From Bdellovibrionales bacterium (lineage in GTDB: Bacteria; Bdellovibrionota; Bdellovibrionia; Bdellovibrionales; Bdellovibrionaceae), in assembly GCA_031370005.1 (NCBI GenBank), contig JANMPT010000042.1, positions 1 through 39,035 on the forward strand: a stretch of 39,035 nt of DNA, in the 5' to 3' direction. Position 1 is the first letter of the stretch. Each line of letters starts with the position of its first letter. The translations under genes and the position numbers were made by a program. Below the pieces are notes generated by a model that searched no databases, was not told the origin of the DNA, and saw only the letters and a program-made list of their open reading frames with translations. This document shows positions 1 through 10,031 of this stretch, one piece after another.

Positions 1-5
1 TTTTG

Positions 6-1160
6 TTACAATCCCAATTTTTCTTGTTCAAACTTGTCAGAATCCATGGCTTTTACACAAGATAGAACTTGAGCAGCAAAGGCTTCATTCAATTCAATAA
101 GGCCTATATCTTTTAAAGACATTTTTGCTCGTTTTAAAGCCACTGGCGTTGAATACGCTGGACCTAAGCCCATGCGCTCAGGCTCTAAGCCGGCAAAACC
201 ATAAGAAATAATTCTTGCGATTGGCTTATAGCCAAGGCTTTCTGCTTTTTCACGAGACATTAAAAGCACCATCGCTGCTCCATCAGTAATCGGACAAGAG
301 TTTCCTGCAGTGATTGTTCCAGTTTGTTTATCAAAAAACGGTTTTAGTTTTGCAAGCGCCTCTATTGTCTGACTATCACGAGGGCCATTGTCTTCGCTGA
401 AAATTTCTTTATAATCTGGAGCAATATAGACAGGAGTAATCTCTTCTTTGAGTTTGGCTTTATTACCAGAGGCCAACTTATGCGAGCGCAAGGCGAATTC
501 ATCTTGAGTTTGACGAGAAAGTCCCCATTCCTTAGCAAGAATTTCAGCTGTTTGTCCCATGTTGATGCCAACAAAAGGATCTGTCAGACCTTGCATCACT
601 GAAATCACCGGAAAATATTCATCACGCATATTGCCCTGAAGAAGAGCTTTAATTTGCTTGATATCGGCCTTGAAAAGCTTCCATAAAAGTGGAATGGCTT
701 GTTGTGGTCCCTTTGCGGCAAAAAGCTTATCAAAAAGTCCTTGAATTTTGGTCGGCAAAAGAGTCGGCATTTGTGACATATTCTCAACACCACCAGCAAC
801 TACCACGTCCATGGTGCCAGATCTAATTTTCTCATAACCATTTGAGATACTCTCAAGTGCTGAAGCGCAGTTTCTGTGAACAGTATAGGCTGAGGTCTTC
901 ATCGGAATACCAGCGTTCAAGGCCACCACTCGAGAAATATTCACCGCATCTACTGGATTTCCAGTATTTCCAATGATCACCTCATCGATGATATTGACAT
1001 CCAAACTGGCTCTTGCGATGAGTTCTTTCAAAGCGACTTTCCCGAGCTCCGCAGGATGTATAGTTTTAAGTTTTGTTCCGGCTTTTGCAAAAGGAGTTCT
1101 AACTCCTTCAACAATGACCACGTCACGCGGACCCTTGGCACTGCTTGCAGCTGTACTCAT
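6..1160 (-). CDS. Acetyl-CoA C-acyltransferase (thiolase), apparently truncated by an in-frame TAA before the C-terminal GHP/CxGGG motifs
   Basis: Motifs VRTPF, RNCASA (catalytic Cys), GNSCPITDGAA and IELNEAFAAQ. ATG at 1160 has an AAGGAAGG SD upstream. TAA at 6-8 follows EKLGL. Confidence 0.92.
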   Translation of the reverse strand: MSTAASSAKGPRDVVIVEGVRTPFAKAGTKLKTIHPAELGKVALKELIARASLDVNIIDEVIIGNTGNPVDAVNISRVVALNAGIPMKTSAYTVHRNCASALESISNGYEKIRSGTMDVVVAGGVENMSQMPTLLPTKIQGLFDKLFAAKGPQQAIPLLWKLFKADIKQIKALLQGNMRDEYFPVISVMQGLTDPFVGINMGQTAEILAKEWGLSRQTQDEFALRSHKLASGNKAKLKEEITPVYIAPDYKEIFSEDNGPRDSQTIEALAKLKPFFDKQTGTITAGNSCPITDGAAMVLLMSREKAESLGYKPIARIISYGFAGLEPERMGLGPAYSTPVALKRAKMSLKDIGLIELNEAFAAQVLSCVKAMDSDKFEQEKLGL

Positions 1161-1391
1161 TTTCACCTTCCTTGTGTGTCACGTGTGTCGACATTTTATT
1201 AAGTAGTTAAAATCTTACAGATTTTTAGCTCTTGCTCCAAGTTCTTTTAAAAACTAAAGATATGAATATTCCTCATTGCGGCATTGCGGATCTAAATGAG
1301 TGCATTCATTGACCCTTTATACAGACCTTTGTACATTGTCTTATCGTTTTTGGACTAGCAATCTGCATATGTATTCAGCAGGAGTTTTGTA

Positions 1392-3719
1392 ATGAGTGAA
1401 AAGCTTGAGGGTCAACAACTGACCCCTTTGGAACAAGAAGCCCTAGACTATCATTCAAAGGGAAAACCTGGGAAAATTGAAATCACCTCAAGTAAACCAT
1501 GCAGTACGGAAAAGTCTCTTTCTTTGGCTTACTCCCCTGGGGTTGCCGTCCCTTGCAAGGAGATTGCGAAAGACGCCTCAAAAGTTTACGATTACACAAG
1601 TAAGGGCAATCTCGTTGCCGTAGTTTCAAATGGCACAGCAGTTTTGGGGCTTGGCAATATCGGACCTCTGGCTTCCAAGCCTGTTATGGAAGGCAAAGGC
1701 ATTCTTTTTAAACAGTTCGCTGGTATTGATGTTTTTGATATCGAGATGAAAACAGAGACCACTGCGGAGCTAATCGCAGCAATCAAAGCTCTTGAACCGA
1801 CATTCGGCGGTATAAACCTGGAAGATATTAAAGCCCCAGAGTGCTTCGAGGTCGAGGAAACTCTCAAGAAAATTATGAATATTCCTGTGTTCCATGACGA
1901 TCAGCATGGAACTGCGATTGTATCAGGAGCGGCACTTCTTAATGCGTGTTACCTGACAAAAAGAAAACTCGAGGATATTCGTCTTGTCGTTAACGGCGCT
2001 GGTGCGGCTTCGATTGCTTGCTCAAACATCTTCATATCTTTGGGCGTACGCCGCGAAAACCTAATTATGTGTGACACCCAAGGAGCTATCTATAAAGGGC
2101 GCACCGTCGGTATGAATAAATATAAAGCGGCTTTTGCCGTTGAAACCGAAGCCCGCAACCTTCACGAAGCACTTCGAAATGCAGATGTGTTTATTGGTCT
2201 CTCCGTAGCAGGCGCATTGACCCCTGAAATGCTCAAAGAAATGGCTAAAAATCCCATTATTTTCGCCATGGCAAATCCTGATCCAGAAATCGAGCCTGCT
2301 AAAGCACGAGCTATCCGCCCTGATGCAATCGTCGCCACCGGTCGTTCAGACTTCCCGAACCAAGTAAATAATGTGCTCGGATTCCCAAGCATTTTCCGTG
2401 GCGCTTTAGATACTCGCTCGACCCAAATCAACGAAGAAATGAAATTGGCAGCAGTTCATGCTCTTGCGATGTTAGCTCGTGAAGATGTTCCAGACAGAGT
2501 TTCTGATTCTTATGGTGGACAAAGCTTTAAATTTGGTCGCGAATACTTAATTCCAAAACCATTCGATCCACGAGTACTTTTGAAAGTGGCTCCGGCTGTT
2601 GCCAAAGCTGCGATGGAATCAGGTATTGCAACAAAACAAATCACTGATTGGGAGAAATACCGCGATTCTCTTGAGGCTATTCAAGGTCCATCTAAAGTTT
2701 TTATCCGCTCCGCGATTCACAGGGTACGTCAGAATATCGCGGCCAACGGCGGTGAACTACCAAAAATAATTTTCCCTGAGGGGCATAGCACTAAGATCCT
2801 TAAAGCCCTTCGTACTTTAGTCGAAGAACGCATTTGCGAACCAATTCTCCTGGGTTACCCAGAGCGCATTCAGGAAAAAATGCACACTATGGATTTGGTG
2901 GATGCCTTGAAGCATATTCAAATAATTCATCCATCCAACCATCCAAAATACAAAGCTTATGCTCAAGAGCTTTATGCCCGACGCAGTCGCAAGGGAGTGA
3001 ACTACCGTGAGGCTGAACGTCTTATGGCAGACCCTAATTACTTTGCTTCTATGATGGTTCAGATGGGGGATGCTGATGGTATGGTCACTGGCGCCTCACA
3101 AAACTATGCAGATTCTGTCCGCCCAATCCTCCACACTATTGGCGTTTCGAAAAAGGGAGTACCCGCAGGTTTAAACTTAGTTCTGCTTGAAGATCGTTTC
3201 CTTCTTTTGGCAGATACCACTGTCAACATCAATCCAAATGCTGAACAGTGCGCGATCATAGCACTCCAAGCAGCTCGTATTGCTGAATACTTCGGAGTAT
3301 CCCCTCGCGTGGCTATGCTGAGCTATTCTAACTTTTCCGGCGAAGGCGGAACTCCTGAAAAAATGAAAAAAGCTGCTGAGCTCGTCAGAATCTACCGACC
3401 AGATATCCCAGTGGACGGAGACATGCAGGCTGATACCGCCGTAAATCCAGATATTATCAAACGTATTTTTCCGTTCTGTGACTTGAAAGATGGCGGAGCC
3501 AATATTTTAATTTTCCCGAATCTCGAATCAAGCAATATCTGCTACAAGCTACTTCAACAAATTGGAAAAGTGGAAGTGATTGGACCTTTTTTAATGGGAG
3601 TCCGCAGATCTGCCAATGTTTTACAACGAACAACCACTATTGATGCGATTATTAACTCTGTCGTTCTCACTACCCTTGAGGCTCAGTATATCAAGGGCGC
3701 GATTATGAAAAAAAAATAA
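1392..3719 (+). CDS. maeB: NADP-dependent malic enzyme with C-terminal phosphotransacetylase-like domain (hybrid MaeB)
   Basis: Motifs LSLAYSPGVA, KPVMEGK, FHDDQHGTA, GAGAA and TGRSDFPNQVNN. PTA-like C-terminal half (IIFPEG, LSYSNF, DGDMQAD, LIFPNL). SD AGGAG upstream. Confidence 0.97.
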   Translation: MSEKLEGQQLTPLEQEALDYHSKGKPGKIEITSSKPCSTEKSLSLAYSPGVAVPCKEIAKDASKVYDYTSKGNLVAVVSNGTAVLGLGNIGPLASKPVMEGKGILFKQFAGIDVFDIEMKTETTAELIAAIKALEPTFGGINLEDIKAPECFEVEETLKKIMNIPVFHDDQHGTAIVSGAALLNACYLTKRKLEDIRLVVNGAGAASIACSNIFISLGVRRENLIMCDTQGAIYKGRTVGMNKYKAAFAVETEARNLHEALRNADVFIGLSVAGALTPEMLKEMAKNPIIFAMANPDPEIEPAKARAIRPDAIVATGRSDFPNQVNNVLGFPSIFRGALDTRSTQINEEMKLAAVHALAMLAREDVPDRVSDSYGGQSFKFGREYLIPKPFDPRVLLKVAPAVAKAAMESGIATKQITDWEKYRDSLEAIQGPSKVFIRSAIHRVRQNIAANGGELPKIIFPEGHSTKILKALRTLVEERICEPILLGYPERIQEKMHTMDLVDALKHIQIIHPSNHPKYKAYAQELYARRSRKGVNYREAERLMADPNYFASMMVQMGDADGMVTGASQNYADSVRPILHTIGVSKKGVPAGLNLVLLEDRFLLLADTTVNINPNAEQCAIIALQAARIAEYFGVSPRVAMLSYSNFSGEGGTPEKMKKAAELVRIYRPDIPVDGDMQADTAVNPDIIKRIFPFCDLKDGGANILIFPNLESSNICYKLLQQIGKVEVIGPFLMGVRRSANVLQRTTTIDAIINSVVLTTLEAQYIKGAIMKKK

Positions 3720-3766
3720 CAAAGATAACGGGCTAATGAGGATTATCATTGGTTAGGTTACATTGT

Positions 3767-6106
3767 ATGTTGTTACGCACATTACCCACCAAAGAACAAA
3801 CACCAATTGAGTTACGTGAACTCGTAAAAATTTCTGTGGATCTTCTCGGTCAGGTTATTAAACAAACCCTTGGCGCCAAACCTTATCAACAGATTGAATC
3901 TATACGTTCGAGATTAGCTGATTTAAGGGATAAAGATGACGCCACTACTCAAATAACACTTCGTTTAATTTTTTCTCAGATGAAAAAAATGCGTAAGCAA
4001 GAAAAACATATACTAGCAAGATCCTTCACCTTGATGCTGGAACTAATGAACGTTTGTGAAAATGCCTATCGTAGTTATCGGCTATCTAAACATGTTCAAG
4101 AAAAATCAACAGACAGTCCAAATGCAATTATTTATGTCCTAACCGCCCACCCTACCGAGGCTCGCTCTCCTGAAAATATTGCAGTTTTTCATATGATTCA
4201 GCGACAGCTAATTGCGATTCTTGAAAAAAAACAATCTTTGATAAGCATCAAACCTGTGCTTCAGCACTTGATTGAATTATCATGGCGAACGTCGATAGTT
4301 CGTGAACAAAGCCCAACAGTTAGTGATGAGGCTGAACATATTTATTCAACCCTTTTGGACCGAAATATTTTGGATAGCATCCTTGAGGCTAGCGTAGAAA
4401 TTGTCCCGGTTTACATTCGGACTTGGGTCGGAGGAGACAAAGATGGACATCCTGGCGTGAATGGCAAAGTGATGTTGGAAAGTATATCCTTATCTAGAAC
4501 ACATTTGATTCAATATGTACATAACCATCTCAATGAAGTTCTTTTAACTCTCAAAACATTAAAATTGAAACAGATGCAATCCGAAATCGCTCGTCTCAAT
4601 TTTTCTTTACAAAAGCTTCGTCGTGTTACGAAACATGACGGATTAAAAATAAAAAAATTGCGGCAGCAATTTAAGATCACTTTTCGAAAATACAAAACAG
4701 AGTTTGGATTGTTGCATCCAAGTTTATGTCAATTGCAGCGTTTGCTACATGTATTCCCAGGCCTCGTAGTTCCCCTTGAATTGCGTGAGTCATCGGACGT
4801 ATTGATGTCTGATCCAAATGAAGAAAACCGACTGACGATTGATAAAATGCTAAAAATTCTAGCTACGGTTTCTAAAGGTGGAGATCCTCGATGGTACGTT
4901 AGAGGTCTTATTGTCAGCATGACCAGCTCTTTCGAGCACCTGCAAATGGCTGATCGAAAAATACGTTTTGCATTTCGTGGGCAGAAAAAAATTCCAGTCA
5001 TCCCACTTTTTGAACAGGCCGAGGCCCTCAAAAGAGCACCGGAAATTGTTAGACAATGGCTTAAAGATCCACAAATGGGTTCTGATATTCGAAAAAAATG
5101 GGAACACTGTGAAATGATGTTGGGTTACTCGGATTCCGCTAAGGAAAGCGGTGTCCTAGCAAGCCGCCTTGAAATTGCCGATGCAATGCATCGACTTGAT
5201 CATCTCTGCCAACACGAGAAAGTACAACCATTATTTTTCCAAGGTTCAGGAGGGAGTGTGGATCGTGGAGGTGGAAGCATACAGGATCAGACAATTTGGT
5301 GGCCTCACTCAGCCCTTAAAATTTACAAAGTAACTATTCAAGGCGAAATGGTAGAGCGTTCCCTTGCGAGTCCTGAAATTTCCCGTGGCCAAATTTCGCG
5401 AATTCATGAAAGCGCAAGCAAAAGCTTAGCCCAACCATCAAAGCCTCCAGATTTTTCATCGATTCAAGAATTTGTAAATTTAGTTGCTAGCGAATATAAG
5501 AATATTATTAACAATCCTGAATTTTTAAAGCTGGTCGAAAAAGCCACGCCCTACTCTGATCTCAGTGAACTACGCATTGGATCACGCCCCACGCGACGGG
5601 CAAATCGAGTTTCAGTGGATAGCCTGCGAGCAATCCCATGGGTTTTATGTTGGACCCAGACACGTGTCCTATTCCCCACTTGGTGGGGAATAGGATCAAG
5701 CTGGAAAAAATCAGACAAGAATATGAAAAAGGCATTACGCAAAGCTTTTATCTGTGAACCGACCTTTAGCTCTTATATACGCGCGCTTGGATTTACACTA
5801 GCGAAGGTTGAGTTGAGCGTGTGGCGCATATACCTGGAGCATAGCGGTTTGGATCGCAAGCTCACGGATCGGTTTTTTTCATTATTTCAAGAGGAATATG
5901 CTGGTGCGCTTGAAATGCTTCAATATGTTAGCGAAAAGTCAGATCCTTTGTGGTTTAATCATTGGCTAGGCGCAAGTATACGCCTACGCTCTTCGATGAT
6001 TCATCCTCTAAATTTGTTACAAATTCTTGCGATTCATGAAAATGATTTTCTCCTTCTACGACTAACTGTTACAGGGATCTCAAGTGGAATGCTTACAACA
6101 GGCTAG
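3767..6106 (+). CDS. ppc: Phosphoenolpyruvate carboxylase, short and divergent bacterial type
   Basis: Motifs VLTAHPTE, WVGGDKDGHP, PLFE, MLGYSDSAKE, TIQGEM, IGSRPTRR, LRAIPW and C-terminal GMLTTG. ATG at 3767 preferred over TTG at 3749, but the start is uncertain. Confidence 0.9.
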   Translation: MLLRTLPTKEQTPIELRELVKISVDLLGQVIKQTLGAKPYQQIESIRSRLADLRDKDDATTQITLRLIFSQMKKMRKQEKHILARSFTLMLELMNVCENAYRSYRLSKHVQEKSTDSPNAIIYVLTAHPTEARSPENIAVFHMIQRQLIAILEKKQSLISIKPVLQHLIELSWRTSIVREQSPTVSDEAEHIYSTLLDRNILDSILEASVEIVPVYIRTWVGGDKDGHPGVNGKVMLESISLSRTHLIQYVHNHLNEVLLTLKTLKLKQMQSEIARLNFSLQKLRRVTKHDGLKIKKLRQQFKITFRKYKTEFGLLHPSLCQLQRLLHVFPGLVVPLELRESSDVLMSDPNEENRLTIDKMLKILATVSKGGDPRWYVRGLIVSMTSSFEHLQMADRKIRFAFRGQKKIPVIPLFEQAEALKRAPEIVRQWLKDPQMGSDIRKKWEHCEMMLGYSDSAKESGVLASRLEIADAMHRLDHLCQHEKVQPLFFQGSGGSVDRGGGSIQDQTIWWPHSALKIYKVTIQGEMVERSLASPEISRGQISRIHESASKSLAQPSKPPDFSSIQEFVNLVASEYKNIINNPEFLKLVEKATPYSDLSELRIGSRPTRRANRVSVDSLRAIPWVLCWTQTRVLFPTWWGIGSSWKKSDKNMKKALRKAFICEPTFSSYIRALGFTLAKVELSVWRIYLEHSGLDRKLTDRFFSLFQEEYAGALEMLQYVSEKSDPLWFNHWLGASIRLRSSMIHPLNLLQILAIHENDFLLLRLTVTGISSGMLTTG

Positions 6107-6151
6107 GAACATTAATATTATTCCAAAAAAGATTTATATTATAAGGATATC

Positions 6152-7285
6152 ATGGAAAAAATAGGATTGGTTCTAACAGGCGGAGGAGCCCGTGCTGCCT
6201 ATCAAGCAGGTGCACTCAAAGCAATTTCAGAAATCTGCGAATTCAAAGAAAATCCATTCAAGATTATATCTGGAATTTCCGCAGGATCAATCAATGGAAT
6301 TTGGATTGCCGGACAAAGCAGTCAGTTTGAAGTTACAACCCAATCATTATGGGATAATTGGGCAACAATTGAAATGAATCAGGTATTCAAAACAGACCCA
6401 GCCACGGTCTTTAGTATTGGAGCTCGGTGGGTTCGAAATCTCAGCTTAGGGGGTTGGCTCCATCAGCCAAATATTAACTATCTTTTAGACACTTCTCCTT
6501 TGAAGGCCTACATCAAGTCAAAGATGAACTTAAAGAGTATTCAACTCAATATCGCCGACAAAAAAATACATGCAATAGCAATCACTGCAACTCAGTATCA
6601 TTCTGGATTATCGGTGACCTATTTTGATGGCCACGCTTCAATCACACCTTGGAGTCGTGAAGGCAGAGAATCACGTCGATGCGTTTTGCAGACGGCACAT
6701 TTACTTGCTTCAGCGGCAATCCCCATTTTTTTCCCACCAGTGAAATTAGAAGATGGATTTTATGGTGATGGTGGAATTAAGCTATCTTCTCCGCTTTCAC
6801 CCGCAATACATATGGGCGCAGATCGAATTTTGGCAATCGGAATTCATCACAAGCAAGATGCAAAACGAACGTCGCATCACATTTCTTCAAAATCCATTTC
6901 CACAGGAGATATTATCGGTACACTTCTCAATGCTTTATTTTCTCATTCCATAGATGCAGACCTTGAACGATTGAATCGAATCAACCGAACGCTTGCCATC
7001 CTATCTAATGAGCAACTTAAAAAGGAGCCAGATCAACTCCGTCATATCCCAACTTTGGCAATTAGACCTTCACAAGATCTTGGACTAATGACCTCTGAGT
7101 TATTTAGCCGCTTTCCTCAAACGATTAAATATTTACTACGTGGATTGGGTGCCTCAGATTTGGAGAGTTGGGATCTAATGAGCTACCTGGCCTTTGAAAA
7201 AGAATATATTTTGTCACTGCTCAAGTTAGGGTACCAAGACGCCTTTGCTCAGAAACGAGATATTTTACAGTTTTTTAAAACTTAG
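6152..7285 (+). CDS. Patatin-like phospholipase
   Basis: GGGARA oxyanion motif, GISAG (GxSxG) nucleophile, ASAAIP and the DGG catalytic Asp. Confidence 0.93.
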   Translation: MEKIGLVLTGGGARAAYQAGALKAISEICEFKENPFKIISGISAGSINGIWIAGQSSQFEVTTQSLWDNWATIEMNQVFKTDPATVFSIGARWVRNLSLGGWLHQPNINYLLDTSPLKAYIKSKMNLKSIQLNIADKKIHAIAITATQYHSGLSVTYFDGHASITPWSREGRESRRCVLQTAHLLASAAIPIFFPPVKLEDGFYGDGGIKLSSPLSPAIHMGADRILAIGIHHKQDAKRTSHHISSKSISTGDIIGTLLNALFSHSIDADLERLNRINRTLAILSNEQLKKEPDQLRHIPTLAIRPSQDLGLMTSELFSRFPQTIKYLLRGLGASDLESWDLMSYLAFEKEYILSLLKLGYQDAFAQKRDILQFFKT

Positions 7286-7340
7286 TCTAGATTATGATAA
7301 CATTGCATTATCTCAAAAATAGATTAACACCAAGGTCAAT

Positions 7341-8630
7341 ATGGAAACATCTCTAAAATATTTTCGATTTTCTGAAATAATAACGCTAATTCCGGATACC
7401 TTAATTCCTATTTTAATCACTCTGGCGCTATCCTTTCTAATCGGTCTTGAACGTGAAGAACACTCGGCTGGTGGCCATTATAACTTTGGAGGAGTTCGAA
7501 CCTTTCCTATCATCGGTCTTTGCGGCTATATGTTGGCAAAACTAACCGAAGCTCATTCTCAAATTCTTAGCGCAGGTGTTTTGGTCTTAGGTGCGCTCCT
7601 GTGGCTTTCTTATCGAAAAAAACTTGAGCTGTCATCTTCTGCAGGAATGACATCTGAAGTTTCAGGTTTTTTTACATTTTTATTGGGTGCATCGATTTTT
7701 CATGGTGCCTTATGGGAGGCAACAACTTTAACAGTCATTGTTCTTCTTTTGCTCGAACTGAAATCTGGATTGGAATCTCTAGCTCGAAAAATTTCATCAA
7801 ATGAGATTTTTACTTTCACAAGATTCCTTCTTATTTCTGCAGTTATTCTTCCTATAGTACCAAATCGTGATTTTACGATTCTACATCTTAATCCATTTCA
7901 TACTTGGCTGATTGTAGTTGCAATCAGCAGTCTTTCTTACATCGCCTATGTTTTAGGAAAATTACTTGGTTCTGGCCAGAGTATTGTACTCACAGCCATT
8001 TTGGGTGGCATCTACTCGTCTACATCAACCACTATCGTTTTAGCAAAACGCTCCAAGGATGAAAAATCGAGCAAAATATACTCTGGAGCAATTGTTATTG
8101 CATCTGGGTTTATGTATTTCAGACTTGTAGTCCTGCTCAGTGTTTTCAATTGGAACCTAGGTAAACAACTAGTATTTCCATTTATCTGTCTAGGCATTCT
8201 GTTCACTACTGTTGGAGTTTGGTACATGACACTTGAAAAACAGAAATTTACTCTGGCGAAGTCTGACCAAATCGATGGCCGAAATCCCTTGGAGCTGCAG
8301 GCAGCCTTTATCTTCGCATTTTTATTTACAGCCATGGGTGTGCTTACCGCCGTGACATTTCAATATTTAGGATCAGGAGGAATTTACGGGCTATCATTTT
8401 TAACTGGACTAACCGATGTTGATCCCTTCGTCATGAGTCTGACCGAAAGGATCAACTCAGGTGTTGGAGTGCAAATGGCCGCAAAAGCCATCGTTATAGC
8501 AGCGGCGAGTAACAACATTATGAAAGGAATCTATGCGGCAATTTGGGGCGCTAATGATGTCAGAAAGCAGGCCTCACTGTTACTTATAAGTTTGGCCATC
8601 ATCAGTTTAGTAGCCTTGTTTTTTGTTTAA
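7341..8630 (+). CDS. MgtC/SapB-family membrane protein with DUF4010-type C-terminal domain
   Basis: IGLERE and GGVRTF MgtC signatures, GMTSE, GGIYSSTSTT and GLTDVD, with many hydrophobic helices. Confidence 0.88.
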   Translation: METSLKYFRFSEIITLIPDTLIPILITLALSFLIGLEREEHSAGGHYNFGGVRTFPIIGLCGYMLAKLTEAHSQILSAGVLVLGALLWLSYRKKLELSSSAGMTSEVSGFFTFLLGASIFHGALWEATTLTVIVLLLLELKSGLESLARKISSNEIFTFTRFLLISAVILPIVPNRDFTILHLNPFHTWLIVVAISSLSYIAYVLGKLLGSGQSIVLTAILGGIYSSTSTTIVLAKRSKDEKSSKIYSGAIVIASGFMYFRLVVLLSVFNWNLGKQLVFPFICLGILFTTVGVWYMTLEKQKFTLAKSDQIDGRNPLELQAAFIFAFLFTAMGVLTAVTFQYLGSGGIYGLSFLTGLTDVDPFVMSLTERINSGVGVQMAAKAIVIAAASNNIMKGIYAAIWGANDVRKQASLLLISLAIISLVALFFV

Positions 8631-8667
8631 CTTTAGATCAGTTTTAAAATATTCTCTATTTTTGCTC

Positions 8668-8695
8668 TTGCCACCCTAAAGTCCTGTGTTAACAT
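8668..8695 (+). promoter_or_regulatory. Putative sigma70 promoter of hflX
   Basis: TTGCCA (8668-8673), a 16-nt spacer, then TAACAT (8690-8695) preceded by an extended -10 TG. Confidence 0.55.
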
Positions 8696-8730
8696 TAAAC
8701 AAGAACATAGAAGGCTCCAAACCTGGGGCC

Positions 8731-8756
8731 TCCCAGGAGATAATCCCAGGAGATAA
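8731..8756 (+). repeat. Perfect 13-bp tandem duplication TCCCAGGAGATAA x2 containing the hflX Shine-Dalgarno
   Basis: Copies read directly at 8731-8743 and 8744-8756. Confidence 0.95.
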
Positions 8757-8762
8757 AGAGAT

Positions 8763-10031
8763 TTGACTCAAAACCAAGTCCATATCAGGGCCAGTGATCG
8801 TGTGATTGTTGTCGGTGTAGGTTTAAAAACCGAGCCGCTTTCTGAAATCAAAGAAAACCTTTTAGAACTCGAAGAACTTGTCAGCGCTGCTGGTGGTGAA
8901 ATTGTAGGCTCGGTGATTCAAACCCTTGCTACTTGGAATCCAGCAACTTTGATTGGAACCGGAAAAGTGGATGAAATCCGTGATATGGTTCGAGAGTCTC
9001 AAGCAAACCTTGTGGTTATTGACCATCAACTAACAGGTATTCAAAGTAGAAACTTAGCACAAACTATGGGCACTAGAGTCATTGACCGCAATCAATTGAT
9101 ATTGGACATTTTTGCTCAGCGGGCTCAGACCTTTGAAGGAAAACTTCAAGTAGAACTTGCACAATTATTAGACCAAATGCCCCGGATGGTTGGAGCTTGG
9201 ATGGAGTCCTTATCTCGCCAAGGTGGCGGCATTGGAACTCGTGGCCCTGGGGAAACCGCACTTGAAAGTGATCGCCGAAGGATTCGTGAAAAAGTCGCAA
9301 TCATTCGCAAGAAGCTAGATTCCGTTAGCAAAAATCGAGCACAACATCGAAGCTCCCGCCGTCGTCATGAAATCCCAAGCTTTGCTTTGATTGGCTACAC
9401 AAACTCTGGAAAGAGCTCTATTTTAAATCGTCTAACAGGCTCTCAGGTTTTAGCGAAGAACCAGGTCTTTGCAACTTTAGATCCAACAACGCGAAAAATT
9501 TTCTTACCAGAAGGGCCACCAGCAGTTGTTACTGACACAGTAGGATTTATTCGTAAACTTCCTCCACAATTAATTGAGGCCTTTAAAGCTACACTTGAAG
9601 AAAGTGCCGAGGCCGATGTGCTTTTACATGTAATTGATCTCTCTTCTCCGAATATGCTTCGCCAAATTGAAGTGGTGGAATCCCTTATTAAAGAGTTTAA
9701 TTGGCATGATAAAAAAATTATCCATGTCTTTAACAAATCCGACGCAGCCCCTATCGAGAGGCAGTTTCAAGTTAAACTTTATCCTCGGGTTTTTGTCAGC
9801 GCACTGACTGGACAAGGCATGGAGCAACTAAAAAAACTCATGGTGGAGAATGTAAATGAAACACAAGCCAATGTTCAACTTTACTTCCCGCGCTCAGAAG
9901 AGTTTAAAATTTACGATTTAAATCGTGAAACAAGAATTCTTCGTAAGGAAACTGCAACAGAGGGAACTGTCTGTTATACACAACTTACGCCAGCATTGAT
10001 CTCACGTTGGAAAACTTATATCATTAAGTAG
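8763..10031 (+). CDS. hflX: Ribosome-splitting GTPase HflX
   Basis: Motifs LILDIFAQRA, EGKLQVELAQL, GIGTRGPGE, GYTNSGKS (P-loop), FATLDPT, DTVGFI and NKSD. TTG start after AGGAG. Confidence 0.97.
   Translation: MTQNQVHIRASDRVIVVGVGLKTEPLSEIKENLLELEELVSAAGGEIVGSVIQTLATWNPATLIGTGKVDEIRDMVRESQANLVVIDHQLTGIQSRNLAQTMGTRVIDRNQLILDIFAQRAQTFEGKLQVELAQLLDQMPRMVGAWMESLSRQGGGIGTRGPGETALESDRRRIREKVAIIRKKLDSVSKNRAQHRSSRRRHEIPSFALIGYTNSGKSSILNRLTGSQVLAKNQVFATLDPTTRKIFLPEGPPAVVTDTVGFIRKLPPQLIEAFKATLEESAEADVLLHVIDLSSPNMLRQIEVVESLIKEFNWHDKKIIHVFNKSDAAPIERQFQVKLYPRVFVSALTGQGMEQLKKLMVENVNETQANVQLYFPRSEEFKIYDLNRETRILRKETATEGTVCYTQLTPALISRWKTYIIK

Noticed and set aside
1274..1289. CATTGCGG x2 direct repeat upstream of maeB
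   Set aside because: It is short, occurs once as a pair, and cannot be assigned to a regulator.
7291..7312. Fur-box-like GATAA-N7-TTATC upstream of the MgtC-family gene
   Set aside because: The spacing does not fit the 7-1-7 Fur box, and such matches are expected by chance in an AT-rich spacer.
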